NCBI GenBank assembly: GCA_943788985.1
Contig: CALSSJ010000021.1
Coordinates: 64,001-128,000 of the forward strand
Reading direction: 5' to 3'
Source: an uncultured Lentisphaerales bacterium
GTDB lineage: Bacteria; Verrucomicrobiota; Lentisphaeria; JABSQK01; UBA12247
DNA: 64,000 nt
The position numbers and the translations under genes were made by a program. Of this stretch, positions 51,437 to 62,182 are shown one piece after another; the first letter of the stretch is position 1; each line of letters starts with the position of its first letter. A model generated the notes under the pieces. That model had not been told where the DNA came from, searched no databases, and saw nothing but the letters and a program-made list of their open reading frames with translations.

Positions 51437-54296
51437 ATGATCGAACTTATCCGTACGCTATGGGTTAATCCCACTCTGGAGACTAGGATTGAGACTCCAA
51501 AAGACCCAGGTGACTTGGATATTTTCTACGCGACATCGATAGCCGAGGCCTGCGCCATTTTAGGCCAGGAGGACTACGACGTCATTCTGGTGGACCTGAG
51601 CGTAACGCCGGAGCCACTGGTGGTCATGGCCGATTTGCTGGCGGCCGCGACCATGCCTGTGATCGCGCTCGGCATGGAAGACCAAGCCGAAGTGGGCCTA
51701 GCGGCGGTTCGCAACGGAGCCGCAGATTGGCTTTCCGAGCCTGAAGGCGCCACAGTCGCTCGCTCTCTGCTGTTGGCAAACATCCGCGATGAGAACGAGG
51801 CACGCTTACGCCGACAGGAAACAGATGCCGGACAGGCATTGGAAGAAGCGTGGGTCAGAACCGGAGAGACACGCCTGCACAGCGTGATGCGGGGTAGCAT
51901 GGAGATGGATGATCTGTGTAATAACATCGTCTCTTTCCTCTGCGATTACACCGATCTGTCAGAGGGGCGATTTTACACGATTGAGGGAGCTGGCCGGGCG
52001 CGCTTGGTGGCAGGTGTCGGCCCTTTACCCGCGGACATCAGCCTGGATCTGTTTTCGCTAGGAGACTCCCGATTGGGTAACGCAGCACGCAAACGTCACT
52101 GCATGATGTTCGGCGAACCGACACCTGATGGCGAAGACGAGCAACATTACTACCTGATCGCGCCATGTGTTGCCGACGATGAAGAGCTCGTCGGCGTCAT
52201 TGAGCTTGGTAGCAGCATGCAATTGAGGATCCAGGACCGGCGCCTGTTGGAGGAAATTGCCGAACCAGTCGCTTTGACTGTGAGGGCGGCCAGAACGCAC
52301 TTTGAGAAGCAGGAGTTGCTGACTGCCACACAGAAACTGGCGCATGAGATGCAAGTTCAGCAGATGGAACTGAAGTTTGCCTTTACCGAGCTTGAAGATG
52401 AGAACCGCTCGCTGGAAGCTGCCAACGAACGACTGCGCCTGAAAGTAGAATCGCTATCCCAAGTCAGCGCAGATAAAGCCGTGCTCGACGGCTATGGGCA
52501 GCTGTTCGGCGTGGGCGACGATGCCGTATATCACGCAGCAGTCATTATCCTGAGCGCGCTTCACGAATCCATGACACCGTCGAGCGATGCCGCCAAGCTC
52601 CGACTGGTTTCGGAGGTAGTGCGAAAGCTTCCAGCGCTCACGGAGGCGCTCGCGAACGAGTTTTCGGCCATTGAGGTTGAGCCGGTCATGCTCTGTGAGC
52701 ATCTTAAAGAATCCTACCAGAGCAATGCTGAGTCCCGCAACCTTACGTTCGACTTCAAACTCTCGCAGAACGTGCCAGCGACGATACACACGGACTCGGA
52801 ACTACTGCATGAGATTCTGGGGACGCTGATTCGCGAAGCGCTCGAGGCGACCGACTCAGGTGCGGTTACTGTGGTCGTCGAACTCGCTGCCCCCGATGAG
52901 CGACCCGCTGGCATCGATGGCGAGATGATTGTTTTCGCGATTGAAGACAACCGCACCAGCCATCCGACAGAGTCACAGCTTTCCTTGGAATTGCTGGTCG
53001 CCGCGCACCGAGCGCAGGCGATTGGGGGCTGGATCGACCGTGACCTCAGCAGCGAAGAGGGCGAGACGTTCACTCTTTATTTGCCGACCTATGCCGAGGA
53101 GTCGCTGGCCCACATCGCTGAACTACCCGCATCTGATGATCGCGATAAACTCAATGCCAATGATGCGAGCGTTCTAATCTGGACGACGGATGAAACCCTC
53201 TCCACACAATTCTACTCCAAGTGCAGCGAGGCTGGCTACCGAGCTGTAGTTACGGCCAACTTTGATGATCTGGATGTCTTTCCGGTGCCACCCCAGTTCA
53301 TGCTGGTGGATGCAGAAGACCCGCACGAGGTGCCTGTGGTGATCGAAGCTCTGCGTCGTGAGCCCATGCTACGTGCGGTTCCACTCGGTTCTTTTGGAAT
53401 CCCTACGCTCGAATTGGAGGCTCGGAGACACGGAGCGCATCTCTTCCTGCGATTGCCCTTACAAAACGACGAAATTGATGCCGCGTTCAACCAATTGGCC
53501 GCTTCGGCCGCGACCAATTTTGCCCGTGTCCTGATCGCAGAGCGAGGGCGCTTGCTGATAAACAGACTGACACCCTGTGCAGACATGCTTGGCCTTGAGC
53601 TTGACGCGGTTAGCTCGTTCGCTGAGGTTTCGGAAATGCTCGCGGAATCGCGCTACACGGCAATGGTCATGCATGGGGAATCTTGGCAAGAACAACTGGA
53701 TCGAAGTACGACGGATTCTCGCGGACGAGGACCCGTATCTGCCTGTCGTCGTGTATTCCGGGCCATGGATCGAGGCCGACGAATCGAAGCGCCTCGACGC
53801 CTTTGCGAAAAGTGCAGTCGTGCGTCAGGGCCCAAAACCCCGTCGGAGTTGCTGGGACGAACTCATGCTGTTTCTTCCTGTGAGCCCGGTTCCTGCCAGT
53901 GACGACCTCAGCTTTCTCCAAGGCCGGACGATTCTGCTGGCCGATGACGATATGCGCAACTGCTTCCCCATAAGCCGCGCGCTTGAAGGCGCCGGGGCAA
54001 CCGTGGTCATGGCAGAGAGTGTGGAAAAGGCGCTTGAGGTGGTCGCGGGCCTTGAAAGGCTTGACCTAGCGTTGATCGACTCAATCATGCCTGGCTTAAA
54101 TGGGATGCGGACGATTGAAAGCCTACGGGCCGACAAACGCTATGCTGAGCTCCCCATCGTGGCGATGATCGCACACAATGCCCCGGAGGAGCGCACACGC
54201 ACCCTGGATTCCGGGGCAAGCGACTATCTGATCAAGCCCCTGGAGACCGAGAAGGTAGTGGCGATGCTGCGCATCTGGTTAACACCAGTAGCTTGA
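51437..54296 (+). CDS. Multi-domain signalling protein: REC-GAF-coiled coil-degenerate kinase core-REC-like x2-REC; frameshift(s) at ~53675-53860
   Basis: GGAGG RBS; YDVILVDL; GAF LVGVIELGS; VPATIHTD..LLHEILGTLI; terminal REC ILLADDDMRN...DLALIDSIMPGLNG...LPIVA...GASDYLIKP. Confidence 0.75.
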
Positions 54297-54436
54297 CCGT
54301 CGCGCCACACCCAAAGGCGCGTATTTTTGGGGTTAGCGGGCCGAAGCACACGCGGCGTCAAAATTTCAAAATCCTTGACCCGCATAAATTCGAGTCTAAC
54401 TTATTACCAATTGTTTTTGTACAATTTTGGACATTT

Positions 54437-54925
54437 ATGGTCACGTTACAGGTCAAGCAAGACCGCACTTTACGACATGTCAATGGCTCCAGGGCGACAA
54501 TCGGCCGCTCCTCCGAAGCTGACATACAGCTCAAAGTTGCGTCGGACATCAGCAGAATTCACTGCGCGATTGAGGGCGATTCCGGCACTCGTTGGGTCGT
54601 GGAGGACTACTCACGCAATGGTACGTTCGTAAACGGCCTCCGTGTGCGTGGCCGTGCTTACGTCCGTAATGGCGATGAGCTTCGCCTCGGCAACCAACTC
54701 CAGATTGTGTTTAAGATCTCCGTCGAAGATCGCCCTGCCGTTCAGCGGCCACCAGCGTACTACCAGATGCAGAGCGATATTGAGCCTCGCTCAGTTGCAA
54801 TCGTAGACACGCGCTCCGAGACAGAGATCGCGAACCGGGTCAGTGTGGAGTTCGCAGATGCTGCCAGACGCTCGCTGGCACACGCTCTCACCCAACGAAC
54901 TAGAAATAACGACCGCTACGCCTGA
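54437..54925 (+). CDS. FHA-domain protein
   Basis: TIGRS..ADI...ISRIHC...D.SRNGTFVNG...GD.L.LG. Confidence 0.88.
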   Translation: MVTLQVKQDRTLRHVNGSRATIGRSSEADIQLKVASDISRIHCAIEGDSGTRWVVEDYSRNGTFVNGLRVRGRAYVRNGDELRLGNQLQIVFKISVEDRPAVQRPPAYYQMQSDIEPRSVAIVDTRSETEIANRVSVEFADAARRSLAHALTQRTRNNDRYA

Positions 54926-55017
54926 TAGAATCTTATGCCGGAATCGCGGGCGCAATCACATTCTGATTCGTCGACTTGTCTGGAGTGAAAGAAATCCAAG
55001 ACGAGTACAAGCATGAC

Positions 55018-56546
55018 TAGAGAGCTGGTACCGTTTTTTGGACCACCTGCTAAGTAAGGCTATGCTTCCTGTCAACTTGAACAAGGAGCACCAAGATGTC
55101 AAAGAAGAATCGTCGCCGCCATAACGCGGCATTCGAGTTTAAATTGGCTATGGAGGCCCTCAAAGGCCTGCAAACCACCAGTGAAATCGCAGCCCTCTAC
55201 GAAGTCCATCCAACGCAGGTCTCGCGGGGGGAAACGCGACCTGGTCGATAAGGCAAGCACCATCTTCGAAGGCCCGCGGTAGACTTCGACCGAGGAGAAG
55301 GTCGACAAGATGCGTAAGAATCACCACGCCAAGATTGGGCAGCTTACGCTGGAGGTCGACTGGCTGCGAAAAAAGTGCAAAGAGCTGCAGATCCCGCTGA
55401 GCGACGAGCTATGATCTGCGGTAGTGACAAGCTAAGTATCCGTCGGCAGTGTGAGCTATTGGCTGTCAATCGCTCAAGCTACAATTGCAGCCCTGGGAAA
55501 GCCGACAGTGCAGAAGACCTTACGATCATGAACTTCATGGATAAGCTCTATTTTAAACACCCTACGCACCGAGTACGCAAAATTCGCGCCCTGCTTCTCC
55601 GCGAAGGGCTCGTCGAGTGCATAGGGCTACGTCGCATACGGCGTCTGAAGGGCCAAGTGGGCCTCCAGACGATTTACCGTGGGCCGCGAACGACGATCCC
55701 TGGGCCAATCAGGTCTAGTGCACGAACATTACGTACATCCGGATAGACAAGGGCTTCCTGTACTTGAACATCATCATGGACTGGTATTCGCGCCGTCTTC
55801 TTTCGTGGGAACTGTCCAACGCGCTGGACACGGGATTCTGCGTGCAGGCTCTTGAAGCGGCAGGCGAGCCGCCTTCGATACTCAATGCCGATCAAGGCAG
55901 TCAATATACCTCCGAAGAGTGGTCCAAAGCAGTTGAAGGCCGTGGAATCAAGATGAGCATGAACGGCCGCCGGCGCTGGATTGACAATGTCATGGTGGAA
56001 CGCTTCTTTGGCACGATTAAGTACGAGGAAGTCTACCTCTTTGCCTATGCAGATGGGCACGAAGCGCAGTTGGGGATCGCCAAATCCATGGTCCAATACA
56101 ATACCGAGCGACCTGATCAGAATCTGTCGAATTGGTGTACAGGCGAGGTGTACCGTAGCTTGGACAAAGACACAAACAGCCATCGCGTAAAATGTTTATG
56201 ACAAAGCTTGCGGTATGGGCCGGCTCGCCGCGGCCTGCGGCCAAAATGGGCTTTGCCACAAACCCCAAGGTTTTCCAGGCATGGCGGCAGCTCTTCGATG
56301 TTGCCACCTTGCGAAGGTGGGGGAGTCTTTCGACTTCCCCACGGTGTGGACATCGCGTCGCTACCGCTCCGACTATCCCTCGGTGAGATGCTCCTCAGCA
56401 GAGCTTGCCTCCGTTTCGTCGGAGCTCACACAATACAGCACCATTCGCCAATGCAACCGAAAAGGAACTCCAATGCTGGCAAAGCGCCGATAGCATTAGC
56501 TTAACTTTTTTCCGGGCCGGTGGTTCAAAAAGCGGAACCATCTCTA
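55018..56546 (+). mobile_element. Degenerate IS3-family insertion sequence (orfA/orfB pseudogenes)
   Basis: IRs GAGAGCTGGTACCGTTTTTTGGACCACC (55020-55047) vs reverse complement of 56519-56546, 23/28 match; orfA RRRH.AAF.FKLA.EAL...EIA..YEVHPTQV...KIGQLTLEVDWLRKK; A6G slippery site 55369-55375; orfB LSIRRQCELL, NQV*CTNITYI, DWYSR..LSW, DQGSQY, DN...ERFF..IKYE. Confidence 0.9.
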
Positions 56547-57307
56547 TCATGCCTGCAGACAAGTTCAGCGGCGATCGCGCTGGCTACCTGGCGTTGAGCA
56601 CCATCATCGACAGCCGCGGTGCCCAGGACCTGCCGATTCCGGCATCTGGAGTCCGCTAAGACAAGCGCTTCAAATTTCAGCAGCGCGTCGTCGCGGCCCC
56701 CCCGCGGTTCCGACTTGGTGCGGTTGAGACCCAAAAACGCGTTTCTGCCCATGCTGTCTAGGGTAGATGTTCTGCTTGAAACCGACATCAGGGAATTTGA
56801 CAGCGCGCGCTGTGGCCTTCTGTCGCTGGTTAAAGACATAGGCGGGGCAACGCCTGATATCGAGGCGAAGCTTGGCAAAATGTTAACTCAATCCAAAAGG
56901 CACAGTAAGGACCGCGCTCTGTGGCATACGACTCCTGTGCATGCCGCAAGTCGCCTACGCGAGCTATTCAACGGAAATCAATGGCCACAAATGGACGATT
57001 GAAATATGCTCCGTGACTATGAGAAGTTCACTGACGAGTTACAGGATCGCGGTCGAGCTGCTTGAGTCCGTCCGTCAAGTAAAGCGCTTTCTCCGATCGA
57101 GCCTCACCATTCCCCGCAGTCATCCGCCAGCTTTGGGAGACCATCACAAGGTGCCCCTCCCTCAAAGCGAGGTGCAGGAATAGGTGCAGCTCAGCGTGAA
57201 TTGAAGGGAAAGTGCGGGAACATATGGGGGATTTTGTCGTTTGCCCACCGTGCGGAATTGAGGATAGATTAGCCTCGCAGGGGTCGCTTTCCGCATTCCG
57301 CAAGCTC

Positions 57308-57401
<94 letters not shown>

Positions 57402-57437
57402 GCTGGTCGGGTAGCACCCGATTCCGTGACGGCGCAG

Positions 57438-57465
57438 AATATAGGCTTTTACTGCGCGCTCGCAA
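57438..57465 (-). promoter_or_regulatory. Candidate sigma70 promoter of tRNA-Ser
   Basis: TTGCGA-N16-TATATT. Confidence 0.5.
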
Positions 57466-57562
57466 TCTCTGGATAGACAAAAAGCGAGGAATCATGGGCC
57501 ACGCCCCCGCAAAGGTAGAATCTTTCGCCCTTTGCAGCCGGCAACTTTAACCCGTTTGAGCG

Positions 57563-58642
57563 CTAGCGCCTGACCCTGGCGTTGCCACTCCAGATGCTCC
57601 AAATCTGCTCTTCGTCTGCTGGTTGGCCATAATCGGTCAACATGGTAGTGGCCAAGGCACCGGTGGCCCAGCCAAACTGAATACACTTCTCGGCGGACCA
57701 ACCGCGAAGAATCCCGTAAAGAAGGCCACCGACGAATCCGTCGCCCCCGCCAATGCGGTCGAGCACCTGGATCTGGCGCGGCTCGATCGACTGCCACTCG
57801 CCCGCATGCCAGGTAATGCCCCCCCAGAGGTGACGGTTTGCGTGGTCCACTTCTCGAAGCGTAGTGGCAAAGACGCTAGTCTTGGTGAAGGTCTCGCGGG
57901 CCGCGTCAATCATGCCGCGAAAACCTTCCATCTGCGCCGCAATGTCGCTCCCGCCAGACTCTGGCCCGCTCACACCAAGGCAAAGCTGGAAATCCTCTTC
58001 GTTACCAATCAGAATGTCCGACTCACTCGCGATTTCAGTAAACAGACCGCGCAACTCGTCCTCGCGCCCTTCCCAAAAAGTGGCGCGATGGTTCAGGTCA
58101 AAGGAGATCATTGTCCCGTAAGCCTTGGCAGCACGCGCGATATCGAGGCAGAACTCGCCGGTCTCAGGGGACAGCGCCGCGATCAAACCCGACATGTGGA
58201 CGATCTGCACGCCCTCCTCGCCAAAGATTCGCTCCAGATCAAAATCACGAACATTTAGGATGCGGCCAACTTCTCCAGCGCGGTCATTGTGTACGCGCGG
58301 GCCACGTGTGCCAAAACCACTATCCGCAAGATTGAACTGGTGGCGGTAGCCCCAGGGACCGCCCTGATCGACTTCTGGCCCCTCGTAGTCCATTCGCCGC
58401 GCGCGGAGGCCGTCCTTTATTAGATGCGCGATCGGGCTGCCCTTCACAAAATTCGTCAGCACCTTCACGGGGAGGCCTAGATAGGACGACACACTGGCGA
58501 CGTTCGTTTCGGCGCTGGTGGCCTGCATGACAAACTGATTACTGGCATTCATTGGCTGCCCGTTAGGGGGAGTGAGTCGCACTCCCATGCTGGTCGGGGT
58601 AATCAGGGAATAGGTAGAATTGGGACGCAGGGACAGGCTCAT
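57563..58642 (-). CDS. PfkB-family carbohydrate kinase (KDG-kinase-like)
   Basis: SAETNVA, V.NDRA.E, ISFDLNHR, GNEEDF, DRIGGGDGF.GG. Confidence 0.88.
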   Translation of the reverse strand: MSLSLRPNSTYSLITPTSMGVRLTPPNGQPMNASNQFVMQATSAETNVASVSSYLGLPVKVLTNFVKGSPIAHLIKDGLRARRMDYEGPEVDQGGPWGYRHQFNLADSGFGTRGPRVHNDRAGEVGRILNVRDFDLERIFGEEGVQIVHMSGLIAALSPETGEFCLDIARAAKAYGTMISFDLNHRATFWEGREDELRGLFTEIASESDILIGNEEDFQLCLGVSGPESGGSDIAAQMEGFRGMIDAARETFTKTSVFATTLREVDHANRHLWGGITWHAGEWQSIEPRQIQVLDRIGGGDGFVGGLLYGILRGWSAEKCIQFGWATGALATTMLTDYGQPADEEQIWSIWSGNARVRR

Positions 58643-58847
58643 GCTTCGCTCCGGCAGGCAGTGGTTCACGGGTAAGAAACGGCGGTGGTCCGACAACACA
58701 GGAAGGCTCTCTGCGGCCAGGCAGGAGTTGACGGCGCGGCCCGCGTAGTGTCAAGTTTCCTGGAGACAGAACCGTGCGAAGCCCCGAGCTGAAAACAATC
58801 AGAAAGTATCGGAGTGCCAAGAGTTTCACACACTTCACCTAGCGATC

Positions 58848-58875
58848 TTGACGCCTGGCACCGCATCGGTATAGT
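58848..58875 (+). promoter_or_regulatory. Candidate sigma70 promoter for the FHA gene run
   Basis: TTGACG-N16-TATAGT, 40 nt before the ATG. Confidence 0.55.
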
Positions 58876-58914
58876 GACAACTCCAGCCCATCTAACTATT
58901 TGCGACCGAATGCA

Positions 58915-60000
58915 ATGGCTGACGACAACGAATCAAACCGGACGATAGACGCGACAATCGTCACCGAACGTGACGACGATAGCTCGGCAGCGCGCGAGAA
59001 TGTCGTAAAACACGCGTCATTGTTTGTCGTCGGCTCTGATCGTAGCGTGACAGAGCATCCGCTCCAGAGCGATGCTTGCCTCGTAGCGATCGGCACGGAT
59101 GCAAACGAGTCCGACATACTCATTGCGGATGACGACTGCGCGAAAAAGCAGCTAGTCGTGATGAACATCGGCTCGCACTGGATGTTTCTCGATTGCGGCC
59201 CCAAGGACGTGGTTTGGCTCGACGGGGTCTGCCGCCGTCAGCTATACGCGCCCATCGATTACCGCGGAGTCGCACGGATTGGAAAGCAGCACTTGGTCTT
59301 CGCTGGCACCGGCGAAGTTCCGACAGGAACACAAGAAGCTAGCTCCAAGGACGTCATTCTCAAAACCGAAGAACCTGGGGATGACGCACGGTTGCATGTC
59401 CGCGGTCTAGGCGGGCACGTTTCCACAAACAAATGGCCTTTGTTGATCGGCAGCCATGAAACCTGTGACTTGACTGACGAGTCCTTAGCCCCCTTTCATG
59501 CGTTCCTCTTCTGGGGCGAGTCAGGCCCCTTCATCGAGCCTATCGCGGGTGCGGCTCTCGAAATCGGCGGAAATGCCGTCACAGAGGCGCATCCGATCGA
59601 CGGTGACGCAAGAGCGAATCTGGGCACTGCTGGCCTCTCAATTTCGGTTGAAGGGGATGCGCAGAAGCACGCCGAGGAGCTGTATAGGCAAGGCGTTACC
59701 TACGACAGCTTTGCGCTTACTGCCCTGAACGACTCGATCGATGATTCATTTTTCCTACCTGGTTTTGGCCGGCCAGTAACGATTGGTCGCGGTGAAACTT
59801 GCGACATCGTTTTGAACGATATGGCCGTCTCACGAGAACACGCTCAGATTGTTCCAGCCGGGAAAACTTTGAATCTGATCGACAACTTCAGCGCCAACGG
59901 GACGTACGTAAATGGTATCAAAGTACCGAAGGCTCGGGTCCGAGCTGGTGACGTCATTGAGATCGGCGACAACTTCTTCTTGGTGCACTACACCAGTTGA
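58915..60000 (+). CDS. Protein with three FHA-like domains (only the last is canonical)
   Basis: C-term IGRGETCDIVL...VSREHA...SANGTYVNG; two upstream degenerate copies (IGTD..ESDI, IGSHETCDL). Confidence 0.8.
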   Translation: MADDNESNRTIDATIVTERDDDSSAARENVVKHASLFVVGSDRSVTEHPLQSDACLVAIGTDANESDILIADDDCAKKQLVVMNIGSHWMFLDCGPKDVVWLDGVCRRQLYAPIDYRGVARIGKQHLVFAGTGEVPTGTQEASSKDVILKTEEPGDDARLHVRGLGGHVSTNKWPLLIGSHETCDLTDESLAPFHAFLFWGESGPFIEPIAGAALEIGGNAVTEAHPIDGDARANLGTAGLSISVEGDAQKHAEELYRQGVTYDSFALTALNDSIDDSFFLPGFGRPVTIGRGETCDIVLNDMAVSREHAQIVPAGKTLNLIDNFSANGTYVNGIKVPKARVRAGDVIEIGDNFFLVHYTS

Positions 60001-60093
60001 TGCATTCACGGTAAACGCATACTCGATTTGTGTGTTTGCCCAATCTTGTTATTGTACGTTCTTGAGAAACTCCACGATTGAGAGACAGATCAT

Positions 60094-60930
60094 ATGATTT
60101 CGCTACGTACTTTGGTTTGCATATTCGCGATTTGCGCGACAGGAATACCGGCATTTTCCCAAGGTGGAAGCTACGCAGTGCTCACCGCCGAACAGCAGAA
60201 GCCTACTGGCACCCAGCAATTCTTCTACTGGTTTCCAAACCGCATTCTGGATTTCGCCGATATTTTTCGCGTAGGCTTGGCATTTGGTCCAGGTTGGGGC
60301 GGTGAAATCGCCGTCACAGACAAGTATCAGCTTGGTAGCTACAAGGTCAATCAAACTGGCTTCGGCTGGTATGGCAGCGCTGGCGAACGCAAGATCGTCA
60401 GCCACAGCGGCAAATATGAATCTAAGGTTAGGGGCGGCAGTGCTACCCGCGCAGAGACACCCAAGGACTCCACGCGGCGATTCTTCCGTGGCCGCAGTGA
60501 CGAGCAAAGCTATGACGTGCGGGGTCAGTTCGCATTGGGCTTGGTTCAGCCTTATCTGGGCGTGGACTTCTACGAAATTGGCGATTTCTTTACGGGTTTG
60601 ACCTTGGTTGATCTACGCAAGGACGATATGTCTCCCATGGCGTTTGTGGACGCGGATCCTCCCCGCAAGCTCGGTCGTGGCGTAAGCAACTTGGTGACGG
60701 GCATTACCGAGATCCCCAGGACTATCATCTCGGTGGATAAAGGCTACGGCGGTGTCGCAGCCTACACATGGGGCGCAGCGCTTGGTCTGAAGCGGTTCTT
60801 TGTTCGCGAGACCGTTGGTCTCTACGAGATCCTCACCTTCCCGGCAGCTGGTGATACCATCATCGAGCCCGAGTATCCGTTTATTCCTCAGCAGAGCGAT
60901 ACCAGCTGGCGCTTGCGCCGGTCCTGGTAA
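60094..60930 (+). CDS. Secreted protein with a C-terminal TIGR04073-like (exosortase-associated) domain
   Basis: Signal peptide; RKLGRGVSNLVTG..EIP..I...G....R..VGLYEILTFP. Confidence 0.65.
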   Translation: MISLRTLVCIFAICATGIPAFSQGGSYAVLTAEQQKPTGTQQFFYWFPNRILDFADIFRVGLAFGPGWGGEIAVTDKYQLGSYKVNQTGFGWYGSAGERKIVSHSGKYESKVRGGSATRAETPKDSTRRFFRGRSDEQSYDVRGQFALGLVQPYLGVDFYEIGDFFTGLTLVDLRKDDMSPMAFVDADPPRKLGRGVSNLVTGITEIPRTIISVDKGYGGVAAYTWGAALGLKRFFVRETVGLYEILTFPAAGDTIIEPEYPFIPQQSDTSWRLRRSW

Positions 60931-60987
60931 TTGCCTTTCCCCGTCGACTCGACCCACTAGTTCCAGCCACAGATTGCTCCCTTCCTC

Positions 60988-61626
60988 ATGACGCATAGCG
61001 CTACCTATCTACTTCTTGTCCTGCTTACCGCCTCGTCTCTTCTTGCGCAGGGTGTCTATCCGAATCAGGGTCCCTCCCTCGAACAGCGGAAGCAATGGGC
61101 ACAGTTTAAAAACGAAGTACTCGTTGAATTAAACAATCAGCGGAAGACGCAGATTGAGAACACCAAGATGAATCGTGAGCTTTGGACTAAGCTCGCGAGG
61201 AACATGGAAGAATATACAGAGGTCATCAGCGTACTTCGCGATGAGATTCGCAAGCTGAAGGGTGAGGTTGTCGTCCTCAAGCAGCAGGATCAGGAATTCC
61301 GCTCCGCGCTCAACCAAGAAGTTTCGAGGCTACGCTCCAAACTGGATGCAGAAACTCAGAAGCGTTCGGCGGGCGATCAGAGAATGCTGAAAGAATTTAC
61401 CAGCGAGCTAGCCCACCTAACCAACCAAGTCACCGATATGCGAACCCCCTCCCCTGCGCCCAACCGCACCTCCTCAGAGTTTGCAGTCTATCGCGTCGAG
61501 AAAGGTGACACTCTGAGTGCGATCGCCCTGGCATTCAACGTGACAATTGAACGGCTCGCATCAGCGAATAACCTGAGCAATCATACGATTTACGTCGGCC
61601 AGGAGCTTCGCGTCCCGGTTCGCTAG
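60988..61626 (+). CDS. Secreted coiled-coil plus LysM protein
   Basis: Signal peptide; heptad region; [17 protein letters not shown]...L..AN.L....IYVGQEL.VP. Confidence 0.9.
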   Translation: MTHSATYLLLVLLTASSLLAQGVYPNQGPSLEQRKQWAQFKNEVLVELNNQRKTQIENTKMNRELWTKLARNMEEYTEVISVLRDEIRKLKGEVVVLKQQDQEFRSALNQEVSRLRSKLDAETQKRSAGDQRMLKEFTSELAHLTNQVTDMRTPSPAPNRTSSEFAVYRVEKGDTLSAIALAFNVTIERLASANNLSNHTIYVGQELRVPVR

Positions 61627-61693
61627 GCAAGGCACGGCCGTACGCAGTCGACCGTCCACCCCGCTCCCCGTTTCCGCTAGGGATTCCCACACT

Positions 61694-62182
61694 ATGAATA
61701 TTCGCGAAGACATCCTCCGCCTGTTGCGCAAGAATGCACGGCTGACCTGTGAACAGATTGGCGAACGCCTTGCCGTTCCCGCTGAGCAGGTTGCAGCCAT
61801 CATCGCTGCAGCCGAAGCCGATGGCTGCATCAGGGGCTATCACGCACTCGTCCAAGACTCGGCCTTCGCAGAGCAAGGCGTCTACGCCCTGATCGAAGTC
61901 TGCGTCGAGACGCAGCGCGACGGCGGCTACGACCCCGTGGCCCGAGCGGTCTCACGGTTTTCTGAAGTCAGCGATGTCATGCTGGTCTCCGGAAACTACG
62001 ACCTGCTGCTGATCGTGGAAGGCCAGACGCTGCAAGACGTTGCGGATTTTGTGCACAGCAAGCTTGCCTCCCTCAGTGGTGTGCGCCAGACCCGTTCCCA
62101 TTTTATGTTGCGCCGGTATAAGCAGTCCGGTTTTCTCCATCAGGAAGATCCCCATCATGAACGACTCCGAGTCACCCCATAA
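61694..62182 (+). CDS. Lrp/AsnC-family transcriptional regulator
   Basis: IL.LL.KNAR....I...L, G.I.GY, LVSG.YDL, T.SHF.L.RYK; overlaps the aminotransferase start. Confidence 0.9.
   Translation: MNIREDILRLLRKNARLTCEQIGERLAVPAEQVAAIIAAAEADGCIRGYHALVQDSAFAEQGVYALIEVCVETQRDGGYDPVARAVSRFSEVSDVMLVSGNYDLLLIVEGQTLQDVADFVHSKLASLSGVRQTRSHFMLRRYKQSGFLHQEDPHHERLRVTP

Noticed and set aside
56550..57200. Short ORFs or an integrase remnant beside tRNA-Ser
   Set aside because: No tyrosine or serine recombinase motifs recognisable in any listed frame
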